DNA of 24,000 bases from Candidatus Heimdallarchaeota archaeon (GTDB lineage Archaea; Asgardarchaeota; Heimdallarchaeia; Heimdallarchaeales; Heimdallarchaeaceae): the NCBI GenBank assembly GCA_016839945.1, contig JAEOTE010000067.1:4776-28775 (forward strand), written 5' to 3'. Below, piece after piece: positions 1-7,500 of the stretch. Numbering within the stretch: the first letter of the stretch is position 1; every line of letters starts with the position of its first letter. Below the pieces are notes generated by a model. The model saw only the letters and a program-made list of their open reading frames with translations, did no database searches and had not been told where the DNA came from. A program made the translations under genes and the position numbers.

Positions 1-361
1 GTTCTACTGCATCAACTACAATAATAGCTCCATCGACCAGACGTAAAGCTTGAGAAACCATGCCTGAGAAATCAACATGTCCTGGTGTATCAACTAGATT
101 AATTAAATAAGGCGAATCATTATAATTGAAGATGAAAGAGATATTTGCTGTCTTGATAGTGATTCCTCTTCTTTGCTCTTCTTCAAGATAATCTAAAGCA
201 CGTGCACTTCCTGCCATAGTCTTTGATATTAATCCTCCCGATTGGAGTAAATGGTCAGATAAGGTAGTTTTTCCATGGTCTACGTGACTTACTATGCTTA
301 CATTACGTATGTTTTCTTTTTTCTTCATAGATTTTGAGATTTGATCAATGTATTCACTCAT
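1..361 (-). CDS. fusA: Translation elongation factor 2 (aEF-2), N-terminal GTPase part; the gene runs off the left edge
   Basis: Not in the ORF track because it is open at the window edge. Reverse-strand translation from the ATG at 361..359 gives MSEYIDQISKSMKKKENIRNVSIVSHVDHGKTTLSDHLLQSGGLISKTMAGSARALDYLEEEQRRGITIKTANISF...LVDTPGHVDFSG. This shows the G1 HVDHGKTT, G2 RGITI and G3 DTPGH motifs with EF-2/EF-G spacing. Confidence 0.9.
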   Translation of the reverse strand, partial: MSEYIDQISKSMKKKENIRNVSIVSHVDHGKTTLSDHLLQSGGLISKTMAGSARALDYLEEEQRRGITIKTANISFIFNYNDSPYLINLVDTPGHVDFSGMVSQALRLVDGAIIVVDAVE

Positions 362-494
362 AGATGTATTTGTATTATCAATAGAAGTTTAAAGCTTTAT
401 CATGTTTTTTAATAGTTAACGTTTTAAATTGAAAAACATAATATATTACAAACAAATACGTATTAGAATTATTATTAATTCTGAGGTACTGCAA

Positions 495-896
495 ATGTAT
501 GAAACTAAGGTTCCAGGAACAAGGTATACTGTTTCGTTAATTAATGTTAAAGGACAATGGATGATACAGATAAAGCTTGATGATATTGTTGAGTCAGATG
601 TTCTTGTAAAGGATATTAGTGAAAGAGGTATTCGTGAGAATATTAAATCTGTTGTCTCGGAAGTTAATTTATATGTAAATGATTTCATGCTTGATCAAAT
701 AACAAAAGAAATCACAGAGCAAGCACAAATATTGTTTAGAGAAGTTGAAGCTACTGTTGTAAGAGAAACTCATAAAACTCAAACAGAAATGTCAGCAGTT
801 GAGGAAACAATAATTCAAATTGTAAAAAGAATAGAAGTTTTAGAAGAAAGAATACGACGATTGGAAAATGCTCTTGCTCAACAAGAAGCAACTTAA
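495..896 (+). CDS. Hypothetical protein with a C-terminal coiled-coil-like segment
   Basis: The ORF track gives 429..896 from a TTG. The first ATG is at 495 (MYETKVPGTRYTV...), and the 22 residues before it are an I/R/K-rich translation of AT-rich promoter DNA. The C-terminus (IVKRIEVLEERIRRLENALAQQ) has a heptad-like pattern. I recognise no family. Confidence 0.5.
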   Translation: MYETKVPGTRYTVSLINVKGQWMIQIKLDDIVESDVLVKDISERGIRENIKSVVSEVNLYVNDFMLDQITKEITEQAQILFREVEATVVRETHKTQTEMSAVEETIIQIVKRIEVLEERIRRLENALAQQEAT

Positions 897-905
897 ACCT
901 CTCCC

Positions 906-911
906 TTTTTT
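906..911 (+). terminator. Oligo-T tract just after the stop of 495..896, followed by an imperfect hairpin at 921..947
   Basis: A T6 run lies 10 nt after the TAA, and archaeal termination typically uses oligo-T. The hairpin is CGTTTTAGT...ACTAAAAACG. Confidence 0.3.
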
Positions 912-969
912 GTCTAATAACGTTTTAGTTTTTTATTACTAAAAACGAAATCTTCTTAAAACCCACAAA

Positions 970-987
970 ACCTTTTGTACAAAAGGT
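970..987 (+). promoter_or_regulatory. Perfect 18-bp palindrome overlapping the Shine-Dalgarno-like GGTG of the uS10 gene
   Basis: ACCTTTTGTACAAAAGGT is its own reverse complement. Its 3' arm (AAAGGT) forms part of the AAAGGTGA motif 6-7 nt before the ATG at 994. Confidence 0.4.
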
Positions 988-993
988 GACGTA

Positions 994-1308
994 ATGGCTC
1001 AACGAGCACGAATTAAGTTAATAGGCAATGATCCTCATTCATTACAAAAAATCTGTGGTCAGATTCAGAAGATAGCAGAACGAACAGGAGTACGTATAAA
1101 AGGACCTATTCCACTTCCTTCAAAAAGAATTGTTCTTCCTGTAAGAAAATCTCCTTGTGGAAATGGAACTGCAACTTATGACCATCTAGAAATGAAATTA
1201 CACAAAAGAATCATTGATATTGATGCAGAAGAAAAAAGTATGAGGCTTCTAATGAGAATTCATGTTCCTGAAGATGTACATATCGAGATAGCCATCGAAA
1301 GAAAATAA
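994..1308 (+). CDS. rps10: 30S ribosomal protein uS10
   Basis: 104 aa. ARIKLIGNDPHSLQKICGQIQKIAERTGVRIKGPIPLPSKRIVLPVRKSPCGNGTATYDHLEMKLHKRIIDI matches the conserved archaeal/eukaryotic S10/S20e core (GPIPLP..., RKSP.G.G..T.D..EM..HKR.IDI). Confidence 0.92.
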   Translation: MAQRARIKLIGNDPHSLQKICGQIQKIAERTGVRIKGPIPLPSKRIVLPVRKSPCGNGTATYDHLEMKLHKRIIDIDAEEKSMRLLMRIHVPEDVHIEIAIERK

Positions 1309-1343
1309 TTCTTTTATTTCCTCTTATCACAATTATCAAGATT

Positions 1344-2267
1344 TTAGAATTTAATCCTATAATCAGGATAAAAGTTCTTTAAGTAAAGAATAAAGTCTTC
1401 TGGTTCTTCAAAATTGTTTTTTATAAAATCAGAATTTTCACAGAAATCGATCATTGTATTGAAGTAATTCTTAATTTCATTATCTGAAATTAAAACATTA
1501 TATGGGGGTTTTAGTTCTCCTGAAAAAATCTTCGAATATAAGAGTTCCTTAAGGGTAATTAATGAAGATTTTGAGACATCTTTCCAAAAATTGAATGTAA
1601 TTTTTCTAAATGATTCATATAAATTATCAACGAGTTCCATCTGTTGTGTGATAATTTGAGAAAAACTGTCTATTCTATCTGGGTGATAATCCCTAATTTC
1701 AACAAACTTATGCCAAAAATGATTTTCAGGAAGTATATCAAAGGATTCCACTATTAAGTCTGTTTCTTTCAATTGCCCCAATATTCTTACAATTTTACCT
1801 ACACTTCCATCAGTCTTCTTCTTGAGTCTTTCTTTATCTTGTGATAAAACAATACATCTTTCTGTATGATAAGGGAAAATAAATTGTTCAATTTCTAAAA
1901 TAGTATCATAGTTTTTATTATCTATTAGCTTCACAATTCCAGTTAGCGTCCTTTTTTGTTTTTCATTCACATTGTAGTATCTCTTTAGTTTTAGTTTTAT
2001 GTTAGCTTTTCCAAATTTACCATCTGTTATTACAATCTCTTCTTTTTTGTTTCTTATGCAAAACCCATTTTCAATGATTAAATCTAGTCCAACAATAATA
2101 TTCTTCGAAAAACCAAGATCCTTTAAACTATAATTATACACCTGATTCTTAATTTTTAGATTACCGTAAATCCCCCATTTGCTAAATCTAACTGTAAGTA
2201 TTTCACCCTCTATATACTCAATTGCTTTACCAGGTTCTAGAATTAAATCCTCTTGTTTAGCGCTCAT
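1344..2267 (-). CDS. Hypothetical protein; possible central OB-fold resembling RPA32/Stn1 or polymerase B-subunit OB domains
   Basis: 307-aa ORF with ordinary protein-like composition. The segment LTGIVKLIDNKNYDTILEIEQ...VGKIVRILGQLKETDLIVESFDILPENHFWHKFVEIRDYH follows the pattern of RPA32-type OB folds: (V/I)xGxV, a test-tube-like beta region, GxxVRVxGxL, then xxIxxxxDxNExxxHxxE. This is pattern recognition only. Confidence 0.35.
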   Translation of the reverse strand: MSAKQEDLILEPGKAIEYIEGEILTVRFSKWGIYGNLKIKNQVYNYSLKDLGFSKNIIVGLDLIIENGFCIRNKKEEIVITDGKFGKANIKLKLKRYYNVNEKQKRTLTGIVKLIDNKNYDTILEIEQFIFPYHTERCIVLSQDKERLKKKTDGSVGKIVRILGQLKETDLIVESFDILPENHFWHKFVEIRDYHPDRIDSFSQIITQQMELVDNLYESFRKITFNFWKDVSKSSLITLKELLYSKIFSGELKPPYNVLISDNEIKNYFNTMIDFCENSDFIKNNFEEPEDFILYLKNFYPDYRIKF

Positions 2268-2318
2268 TCAATTATTTATTATAAAGAATAATATAAAAAC
2301 TTGCTATGAATTGAGAAT

Positions 2319-3884
2319 TTACAAGTTTAATGATTTGATTTCCTTAACATTCTGTTTTAGAAAGTCATATATTGACTGAACCTTTTGCTCAAGGATATTT
2401 TCAGGATCAATTTGATAGATTTCAATTTTCTGATAATCCATTTTTTTTATAAATTTCAAAGATTCATCTTGAGCTAAAAGAAGAGTTTCCTCAGATAAAT
2501 CAAGGGAGTAAACAAATTGGCTAAAAGGGTAAGTTTCTGACAATTCAATAGGAACTAAACCTAGAAACGGCAAGAAATAAACCACGTCCATATTTTCTAT
2601 TTTCTCCCCAACTAACTCTCTGATTTTAACATTAGATCTAAAAATTTCTAAAGGATTTTTCTTACCAGATGCAATTAAAATTAACAATTTAGAGCTTTTG
2701 GGGGAATAATTCAGCAATATCCTTTTCCTAGCTTTAGACAAGTCTGAACGATAAACGGAGCTTTCATTGAAAATCTTTAAACCAATTTGTTTTGTAAACG
2801 GTGTTCCTAGTTCCCAGAATTCACTGGGAGTTTCCTTTAAAAGATGTTTAAAAGCCCTATATAATTTTGGATGAGCTTTTGATCTTAATTCAAGCAATTC
2901 CCACAATCTTCCTTCTTTTAAAGATACACGAACTTGTTTGATTTCAGCTGAAGAAACATGTAAGTTGTGTTCAGCAAGTCTTTTTATTCTTGTTCCTTCT
3001 TCTTCCTCTAGTAACTCTTTAGGTGTCCATCTAGAGCAGACATCACAAGGACATGGAAATTCTGTTAAATCATCAAGATGGTAAGTACCTGTTGGTCTCA
3101 TGTATCTCTTTTCTTTTGCATACAAAATATATGCTGCACTATCAAAAACATCACAACCTAAAGCAACAATGTATGGGAAAATCATGGGATGACCAGCACC
3201 AAATAAATGAAATGGGATGTTATGGGGAAGAAGTTGCCTAGCTGCTTTTATCATCGAAAATAAGGTTATGTAGTCATATTGCGTCATTATAGGTACAACA
3301 CTCCCAAGGGCTTGAAAACCGAAATATTTTGTGTAATCCTTTCTTTTGACTTCTTCGATATACTTTCTAATCAGTTGAGTGTTTTTACCTCCTTGAATAG
3401 GTAAAGTCCAAATAATGTCTTGATTACTCTTAATAAAGTCTAATGAAATTTTTATTCGATCAATAGTTCCTTCCATCTTTTCTTTAGCTTCTTGAAATGT
3501 ATCAGTAGGGGGAGTTGGTATATCTAGAATAACTCCAACATCAGTTTTCAAGCTTGCTTGTATTTTGAGAGATTGTATGGGGTCGATTTCTACATCTCCA
3601 TAAGCTAATATTTGATATGCTCCGCTATCCATCATTACATTTCCTTCAAATTGTAGGAAATCATGTATACTTTTCTTCCCATCAGGCATTCCAAAACGTT
3701 TCAGGAAAAGATATGCACTCGTAATCACGAAGTTGAAACCAAATTTTTCCATCATGTCTTTTGCTGATACTATATTGTCCCTTGGGTCAAGAACAGGTAC
3801 AAATGTAGGTGTAGTTACATTTCCTTTAGGCATTTTATAGATACCCAGTTTTCCATGCAAATCTTGTGTTAGTATTTCATACAT
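2319..3884 (-). CDS. tgtA: tRNA-guanine(15) transglycosylase (archaeosine TGT, ArcTGT)
   Basis: 521 aa. TGT hallmarks are present:
- TPTFVPVLDP near the N-terminus.
- MMDSGAYQ, containing the catalytic Asp.
- LFGAGHPMIFPYIVALGCDVFDSAAY, containing the second catalytic Asp.
- Zn site CPCDVCS...EHNLH.
The C-terminal ~160 aa show no obvious PUA signature. Confidence 0.88.
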   Translation of the reverse strand: MYEILTQDLHGKLGIYKMPKGNVTTPTFVPVLDPRDNIVSAKDMMEKFGFNFVITSAYLFLKRFGMPDGKKSIHDFLQFEGNVMMDSGAYQILAYGDVEIDPIQSLKIQASLKTDVGVILDIPTPPTDTFQEAKEKMEGTIDRIKISLDFIKSNQDIIWTLPIQGGKNTQLIRKYIEEVKRKDYTKYFGFQALGSVVPIMTQYDYITLFSMIKAARQLLPHNIPFHLFGAGHPMIFPYIVALGCDVFDSAAYILYAKEKRYMRPTGTYHLDDLTEFPCPCDVCSRWTPKELLEEEEGTRIKRLAEHNLHVSSAEIKQVRVSLKEGRLWELLELRSKAHPKLYRAFKHLLKETPSEFWELGTPFTKQIGLKIFNESSVYRSDLSKARKRILLNYSPKSSKLLILIASGKKNPLEIFRSNVKIRELVGEKIENMDVVYFLPFLGLVPIELSETYPFSQFVYSLDLSEETLLLAQDESLKFIKKMDYQKIEIYQIDPENILEQKVQSIYDFLKQNVKEIKSLNL

Positions 3885-3939
3885 GTTTTACACCTACAAT
3901 CCACTAAAAAAATAGAAAAAGGTGTCTTTAACTTTATTG

Positions 3940-4359
3940 TTAATCTTGAGTAGCTTTGTATTTATCAAAAATCTTTTGGATTCTCTCAGAGATGGGGCCG
4001 GTTCCTTTTACTCCCTCTTCACTCACTGTAAATCTATCAAAAACCTGTATTATAGCAGCTTCTTCAATAATTTTAACATTTTGAGGTTGAAACATTTGAG
4101 AAAGTTCGCTTGCTAATCCAACAAGATCAAAGGGTTCTTCAGCTAATGTTATTTCCACAATATTTGAACCAGTAATGAAAACCCTGAAATAGGTTTCATC
4201 TCCACAACTAGCCTCAGCTAAAACTACATTTAGTGAATTATCCTGTATCCCTCGAAGGACACCTGTGTATATTTTCTTATTATTCATTGTAATTTTGACT
4301 CTTTTATTTACAAGTCCACTTAGTTCTAATAGAAACTCACGGTTTGGGTTTGCTGGCAT
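3940..4359 (-). CDS. Sm-like (LSm) RNA-binding protein with a ~65-aa C-terminal extension
   Basis: Sm1-like segment LSGLVNKRVKITMNNKKIYTGVLRGIQDNSLNVVLAEA and Sm2-like segment RVFITGSNIVEI. They are followed by an extra domain (PFDLVGLASEL...ISERIQKIFDKYK). Confidence 0.7.
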   Translation of the reverse strand: MPANPNREFLLELSGLVNKRVKITMNNKKIYTGVLRGIQDNSLNVVLAEASCGDETYFRVFITGSNIVEITLAEEPFDLVGLASELSQMFQPQNVKIIEEAAIIQVFDRFTVSEEGVKGTGPISERIQKIFDKYKATQD

Positions 4360-4420
4360 ATTTAATCAAAGCAAGCTCGAGGTATTTATAAAAAAATGTT
4401 ATGATACTCGATTTATATTA

Positions 4421-6229
4421 TTATTCTACAGCAAGGATATCTATTTTGCTTTTTAGATCCTTATGAATTACAGTAATGATTGAACATACTGAAAAACAAT
4501 GATTGCATTGTGTGCATAATGAATCATCCACAATAATTCTTTCATTTTCAATTCTAATCGCATGGAATTCACAACTCCTGACACACAATCCGCATTTTAT
4601 ACAACCAGTTGCTCTAAATACTGTAGAAACAAAATCATTTATTGTATTCTTAACATATTGCTGTGTGAGTTCTTTTTGTTTTTTGAAATTTATTCTAAAG
4701 GTTCCATCTGAATATAATATGATAGTATGATTCTTATTAGATACGAGAATGAAATTAATATTCTTGTTTGTTTGAACCTTTCCTAATATCGGAAAAAAGG
4801 ATTGATTTTTTTCGAGATTAATTCCTCCAGAAAAAGAACCTATGACACTTAATGGTTGTGTTACACAATCACTGTGTTCTTCTTGTATGGAAACAAGATC
4901 TATTTCTTTTTCTGTTTTTTCTAAAAAGTTAAGGTTAAGAGATAATACATTTGAAATTTTTTTAGGTATTTTTTTAAATCTCCACAGACCATAATCCCAA
5001 TAGGATTTCGGCAAATTCCTCCTTCTACTCCATTTTTCTACTCCTTCTTTCAGTTTTTCATATTCCTTTTTATGTTTCTTTCGTAGAAGCCGAAATTGTG
5101 CCATATCCGTTGATGGACACACCCAACACCCTATTCTTTCATATCCTTCCTCGTATAGTTTGTTGTACGGTAGTTTTCTCCATTTAATATACATCCATAT
5201 CATGAGTGCTGTCCAATTTTGTATTGGTGACACGTTGATCTGGTTGGGGATATACTGGTTTTGCCAAGTGTCAGATATGGCTCTTCTAAAGGATTCATAT
5301 CTTCTTTGACCAACGAAACTAATACATTTAGTGTCTGGAAAGGTTTGTGAAATAGCTTTCTGGATAGGAGCGAGCTTGGCAAATTTGCAGCAATAGCGAA
5401 AATCTCTTCCTGGGGGACCAAATTTGTGGAAGGCTTCCCAGAATAGTTCTTCAGGAACGCTTTCAACAATAAGTCTATCTTCGAAACCTAATTGCTTACT
5501 AGAACTATGAACGTAGTCAACAGTTTCAGGAAATTCGATGCCAGTGTCAACAAATAGAACCTGAAAATCCTCGTTAGGAAGAGCTCGACGAACAAGCTCT
5601 AGAAGAACCAGGCTATCTTTCCCGCCACTAAAAGAAACCAAGACAGGTAATTGTAAATCCTCCTTAGTTTTTTGAATTTGAGTTATAGCTTCTTTTTCTA
5701 ATTTCAGAAGCTCTTGTTCATTCCAATGAATAATCTCCTCCCAAGAATATCTTGCTGTTATAGGGTGAACCTGTCTAGCTGCAGCGCGATAGTTCTTTGC
5801 ATAAACTCCCCTTTCCATTTGAGCTCTTTCGGTTTCATTTATACGAGCAATTCCTCCTGCAATAATATTATCGCTGGAATCAATAACAACAATGTAATCA
5901 CCTTTCTTGATATCAGGATCAGCTTGAATGACACCAGGTATAAGTATGTTAGCTCCTTTAGCAATTTTTTCTACAGCACCAGAACCAACCCTTACCCACC
6001 TCTTTGAAAACTTTCCACTCAATTGAGAAAGACCATTGGAATTTAATTTAATGACCCATTCATTAGAAAGTAAATCATATCTACGAGTACCAATACTAAT
6101 ACCATTGATGATAACCTCATCCATTTGGTCTTCTGAACCAACATGATTGAGAAAAACAACGTCATCTTTACGTATTATTTTTGAATTACTCCCGAAGTTG
6201 CTAATTATTAAATCTTCAATTTCTTGCAT
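4421..6229 (-). CDS. PUA-domain / PAPS-reductase-family PP-loop ATP pyrophosphatase / 2x[4Fe-4S] ferredoxin fusion protein (function uncharacterised; probably acts on RNA)
   Basis: - PUA-like segment: VRVGSGAVEKIAKGANILIPGVIQADPDIKKGDYIVVIDSSDNIIAGGIA.
- PP-loop: VSFSGGKDSLVLLEL.
- PAPS-reductase family blocks: RDFRYCCKFAKLAPI, VGQRRYESFRRA, VSPIQNWTALMIWMYIKWRKLPYNKLYEEGYERIGCWVCP.
- C-terminal ferredoxin motifs: CIKCGLCVRSC and CTQCNHCFSVC.
The true 5' end probably lies upstream (see the 6230..6419 feature). Confidence 0.85.
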   Translation of the reverse strand: MQEIEDLIISNFGSNSKIIRKDDVVFLNHVGSEDQMDEVIINGISIGTRRYDLLSNEWVIKLNSNGLSQLSGKFSKRWVRVGSGAVEKIAKGANILIPGVIQADPDIKKGDYIVVIDSSDNIIAGGIARINETERAQMERGVYAKNYRAAARQVHPITARYSWEEIIHWNEQELLKLEKEAITQIQKTKEDLQLPVLVSFSGGKDSLVLLELVRRALPNEDFQVLFVDTGIEFPETVDYVHSSSKQLGFEDRLIVESVPEELFWEAFHKFGPPGRDFRYCCKFAKLAPIQKAISQTFPDTKCISFVGQRRYESFRRAISDTWQNQYIPNQINVSPIQNWTALMIWMYIKWRKLPYNKLYEEGYERIGCWVCPSTDMAQFRLLRKKHKKEYEKLKEGVEKWSRRRNLPKSYWDYGLWRFKKIPKKISNVLSLNLNFLEKTEKEIDLVSIQEEHSDCVTQPLSVIGSFSGGINLEKNQSFFPILGKVQTNKNINFILVSNKNHTIILYSDGTFRINFKKQKELTQQYVKNTINDFVSTVFRATGCIKCGLCVRSCEFHAIRIENERIIVDDSLCTQCNHCFSVCSIITVIHKDLKSKIDILAVE

Positions 6230-6419
6230 CTCAAACTCTGTAGCGGGTCTAACATCAAAAGGAGGTGTTAGTTGAACTTGATGAGATTCTTTGTTACAAA
6301 TAGGACAAAATTTTGAGACAACAATAGGAAGATTACAGCTATAACAAAAGAAGAAAGTGTTAGGTCCAAGGATAGGAATATTCTTTTTTTTTCTTCTTGA
6401 TGAGATATGAACACCCCAT
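6230..6419 (-). other. Unannotated 5' coding extension of the PUA/PAPS-reductase gene encoding a CxxC-x9-CxxC zinc ribbon, interrupted by a frameshift at an A9 run (T9 on the plus strand, 6384..6392)
   Basis: The frame of 4421..6229 stays open upstream as far as the vWA stop. It encodes ...NIPILGPNTFFFCYSCNLPIVVSKFCPICNKESHQVQLTPPFDVRPATEFE-MQEIEDL, with no ATG, GTG or TTG in that frame. An ATG at 6419..6417 overlaps the vWA TAA (TAATG) but sits in the frame offset by one nucleotide: MGCSYLIKKKKKEYSYPWT*. The two frames meet at the A9 run. Confidence 0.55.
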
Positions 6420-7438
6420 TAATTTTCTCTTAATAATCTCATCAATGCTCTAGGAATTTGTTTATAACTAGAAACTTCAGCAAATTTTCCCCTACCCAAT
6501 CTTGCAAGATCCTTACAAACTCTTCTACCCCAATCTTGCTTACTTGGTAAAGATATAACATGAAGACGTGGAAAGTATTTAAGGTATGGTCGAGGATCTC
6601 CACCTCTATTAAAAGCTCCATCAGTAATGATAACACCAAACTTGTGTCTTTTCTTAATTTTTTCTAGTTCAAGTCCACCGTATTTCAAACCTTCAGCAAT
6701 ATTAGTATAACCAGCGCTTTCACTTTCAAGAATTCGATTAACTAGTTCATTAGTTTTGACTTTCTCTTTAATATGCTTAATAGTATAAGCTTTAGTATTA
6801 AAAACAACCACACTAAAGTTATCACGTTCTAGATTATATGCCATTACTGCAACAGTTAATGCTGCTGTTGTGAATCTTTCACCGTATAAAGAACCAGATG
6901 TGTCAAACATAAGAACTGCAGTTTTTGTTCTCTCTTTTCTTTCCAAACTAACTATGTCTTCTGTGTGGAGTACCCTACTACGGTTTTGTAAATACCTCTC
7001 TAATGTCTCATCAATATCAAATTCATCTAGACCTATTTCATACTCGGTTTGTTCAAAAACTTCTCCTCTTATCCCTTGACTTGTGATACCAAAAGCTGTA
7101 GTTAAGATAACTTGTCTGGCTAATCGACGGAAAACAGGTTTCATCCTATCATCTAAAGCTGTTCTAAGCATGAAGAACAGCTCGGGAGCGCTACTGTCAC
7201 CTTTAGAAGCTCTTCTAGCAATTAGTGTATATCCTTTTTTAGAATTAAGAGCTTCTGCAACAGCAAATTTATTCGAAATAGCTAACCCTTGAATAGCAGG
7301 CATATTGTCTACATCGATAGCTAGTTCTGTTTGTTTTTTGATTTCGTAGTAGCTCATTCCCTCAGATAAACTAGAGTAGATTGAAGGATTTCTTTTTCCT
7401 GAAACTATTTCAGCTTCAAGCAACCTATTCTTGTCCAT
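6419..7438 (-). CDS. von Willebrand factor type A (vWA) domain protein, partner of the MoxR ATPase
   Basis: 339 aa. MIDAS motif in VLMFDTSGSLYG, later TNIAEGL and VIITDGAFN, which is typical of CoxE/ViaA-like vWA partners of MoxR. GAGGT lies 4 nt upstream of the ATG. Confidence 0.8.
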   Translation of the reverse strand: MDKNRLLEAEIVSGKRNPSIYSSLSEGMSYYEIKKQTELAIDVDNMPAIQGLAISNKFAVAEALNSKKGYTLIARRASKGDSSAPELFFMLRTALDDRMKPVFRRLARQVILTTAFGITSQGIRGEVFEQTEYEIGLDEFDIDETLERYLQNRSRVLHTEDIVSLERKERTKTAVLMFDTSGSLYGERFTTAALTVAVMAYNLERDNFSVVVFNTKAYTIKHIKEKVKTNELVNRILESESAGYTNIAEGLKYGGLELEKIKKRHKFGVIITDGAFNRGGDPRPYLKYFPRLHVISLPSKQDWGRRVCKDLARLGRGKFAEVSSYKQIPRALMRLLREN

Positions 7439-7500
7439 CTTACCTCGAAAGACATATGGTTTCTGGAAATCTTCTTTATACAGGTCTCCGCTCCCCTCTT

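Noticed and set aside
429-494. TTG-initiated 22-codon N-terminal extension of the 495..896 ORF (MKNIIYYKQIRIRIIINSEVLQ).
   Set aside because: The extension looks like a translation of AT-rich promoter DNA (I/R/K/N-rich), and it overlaps the divergent promoter region shared with fusA. The ATG at 495 is the more plausible start.
446-688. Antisense or alternate-frame ORFs of 60-99 aa inside longer genes. Examples: 446..688(-), 2179..2379(+), 3053..3241(+), 4503..4730(+), 5200..5469(-), 5714..6007(+), 6870..7292(+), 7520..7819(+), 11295..11486(-), 15224..15504(-), 18885..19085(-), 21371..21568(-) and 23698..23991(-).
   Set aside because: Each lies wholly within a longer ORF that has strong family motifs. 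Their translations are low-complexity (S/F/I/L-rich), as expected from the complement of AT-rich coding DNA. None shows a recognisable motif.
6419-6421. Stop-codon readthrough fusing the vWA protein to the PUA/PAPS-reductase enzyme. Both are in the same minus-strand frame, separated only by a TAA.
   Set aside because: TAA is the normal stop throughout the window. An ATG overlaps this stop (TAATG) and is followed by an A9 run that reconnects the frames. That is a simpler explanation (coupled reinitiation plus a homopolymer frameshift or error) than recoding of TAA.
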